The notes under the pieces: model-generated
Told to the model about the DNA's origin: nothing
Seen by the model: the letters and a program-made list of their open reading frames with translations, nothing else
Database searches by the model: none
Part shown: positions 38,904 through 39,657 of the stretch, piece after piece
Numbering within the stretch: position 1 is the first letter of the stretch
Layout: every line of letters begins with the position of its first letter
Source: Gammaproteobacteria bacterium
GTDB lineage: Bacteria > Pseudomonadota > Gammaproteobacteria > Steroidobacterales > Steroidobacteraceae
DNA: 39,657 bases
Assembly: GCA_030038645.1 (NCBI GenBank)
Contig: JASHSR010000110.1
Location: forward strand, 1 to 39,657
Direction: 5' to 3'
Made by a program: the position numbers and the translations under genes

Positions 38904-39657
38904 TTGGCCACCGTGATGCCGTTCACCGGCGCGTTGCGGTTGTTCTCCTCGCACGAGTACTCCTCGATGCGCACGTCACCGCGCCAGGGATACGTCCGCT
39001 CCGTCGTCCAGGGCCGCGTGTAGTGATCGGGGTCCTCGATGGTGATCAGATCGCGCAGCTCGGCGCCGCCGTACTGGTTGGTGAACCGGGTGAACCGCTC
39101 GGTGACTTTCAGCTTCAGGCCGTGCGAGAGCGACTCCTCGTCGATCTGCGTCCGATCATTGAAATGATCGGTGACGACGACGAGCGTGTTGCCCTCCCAG
39201 TGGCCGACGGAGTACCCCATGAAGGTCCGCGGCGTATCGGGGGGAGGGGGCTTGCCGTCCATGTGGATGAACCGCACGTTGTGCGCCACTTCGTGCAGGA
39301 TGGTGATCAACCCCGGGGTATAGACGAACTGGATGGGGTAGGGCGAGGCCATGATTCTCGGCACGCCGTGCGGGAAGCAGCGCGTCGGCGCATCGGCGAT
39401 CGGCCTGCCGAGGCTCTCCATGTAGAGGTGGTGCTTGCGGCTCGCCGCCTCGAGCGGTGTGAGCGGGAGGAGCTTCGCCGACTCGTCCGGGGACATCGGC
39501 CGAGGGGTGATCGGCCGGAAGGTCCGGTCATAGCCGCGGGTCCACCAGACGCCGGAGAAATCGCGCAGGTCCTTCGGCGCCGGGTTTTTGTTCCACTCCA
39601 CGGCCTGCTCGGCGGCTCGCTTCTCGCGCGCGGCGACCCGCTCGGACGCCGCGGCCT
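38900..39657 (-). CDS. Type A paralogue (C-terminus CEENNRNAPVNGITVAK), 5'-partial at the window edge
   Basis: Motifs TRCFPHGVPRIM, HEVAHNVRFIH, HWEGNTLVVVT, YTRPWT, EEYSCEENNRN. The frame stays open upstream of GTG 39601 to the window end, and no signal peptide is yet seen. Confidence 0.8.
   Translation of the reverse strand, partial: AAASERVAAREKRAAEQAVEWNKNPAPKDLRDFSGVWWTRGYDRTFRPITPRPMSPDESAKLLPLTPLEAASRKHHLYMESLGRPIADAPTRCFPHGVPRIMASPYPIQFVYTPGLITILHEVAHNVRFIHMDGKPPPPDTPRTFMGYSVGHWEGNTLVVVTDHFNDRTQIDEESLSHGLKLKVTERFTRFTNQYGGAELRDLITIEDPDHYTRPWTTERTYPWRGDVRIEEYSCEENNRNAPVNGITVAK

Overview
High-GC (about 65-67%) chromosomal segment from a Gram-negative, probably soil-type bacterium. The gene content (double-FtsX ABC permeases, DUF1592/DUF1552 pair, NodT lipoprotein) fits either Proteobacteria or Acidobacteria, and I cannot place it further from sequence alone. 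No transposase, integrase, CRISPR array or rRNA was seen.

Layout:
- 1-666: an extremely compact array of eight tRNA-like genes, the first cut by the window edge. All encode CCA and the spacers are 2-9 nt. The order is unassigned, Ser(GCU), Ser(UGA), Ser(CGA), Ser(GGA), Trp(CCA), Gln(CUG), Gln(UUG). Several have non-canonical cloverleaves (8-bp acceptor with 4-bp T stem, long D stems, aberrant D arms).
- 0.9-9.4 kb: miscellaneous accessory genes. These are two VOC/glyoxalase proteins, two AraC regulators, a BlaI/BlaR1-like pair with two clear operator dyads, a SAM methyltransferase, a Rieske oxygenase alpha subunit, a secreted MORN-repeat protein and a small orphan.
- 9.5-20.9 kb: a seven-gene efflux module. 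On the minus strand it reads HlyD adaptor, ABC ATPase, two tandem ~825-aa double-FtsX permeases, NodT outer-membrane factor. It is divergently paired with a sigma-54-dependent response regulator and a histidine kinase. A near-consensus -24/-12 promoter faces the pump operon.
- 21-28.6 kb: a PQQ quinohemoprotein dehydrogenase, an S9 peptidase and a large hybrid histidine kinase.
- 28.8-39.66 kb: a cluster made almost entirely of secreted proteins of unknown function. Two translationally coupled pairs of paralogous Cys-containing proteins are present, one of them also coupled to an Old-Yellow-Enzyme flavoreductase. They flank DUF1592 (CXXCH), DUF1552 (Tat signal, apparently frameshifted), a small HHSF-motif protein and a secreted ankyrin-repeat protein.

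The tRNA array and this last cluster are the most unusual parts. All calls come from reading the sequence and the ORF track; no searches were run.
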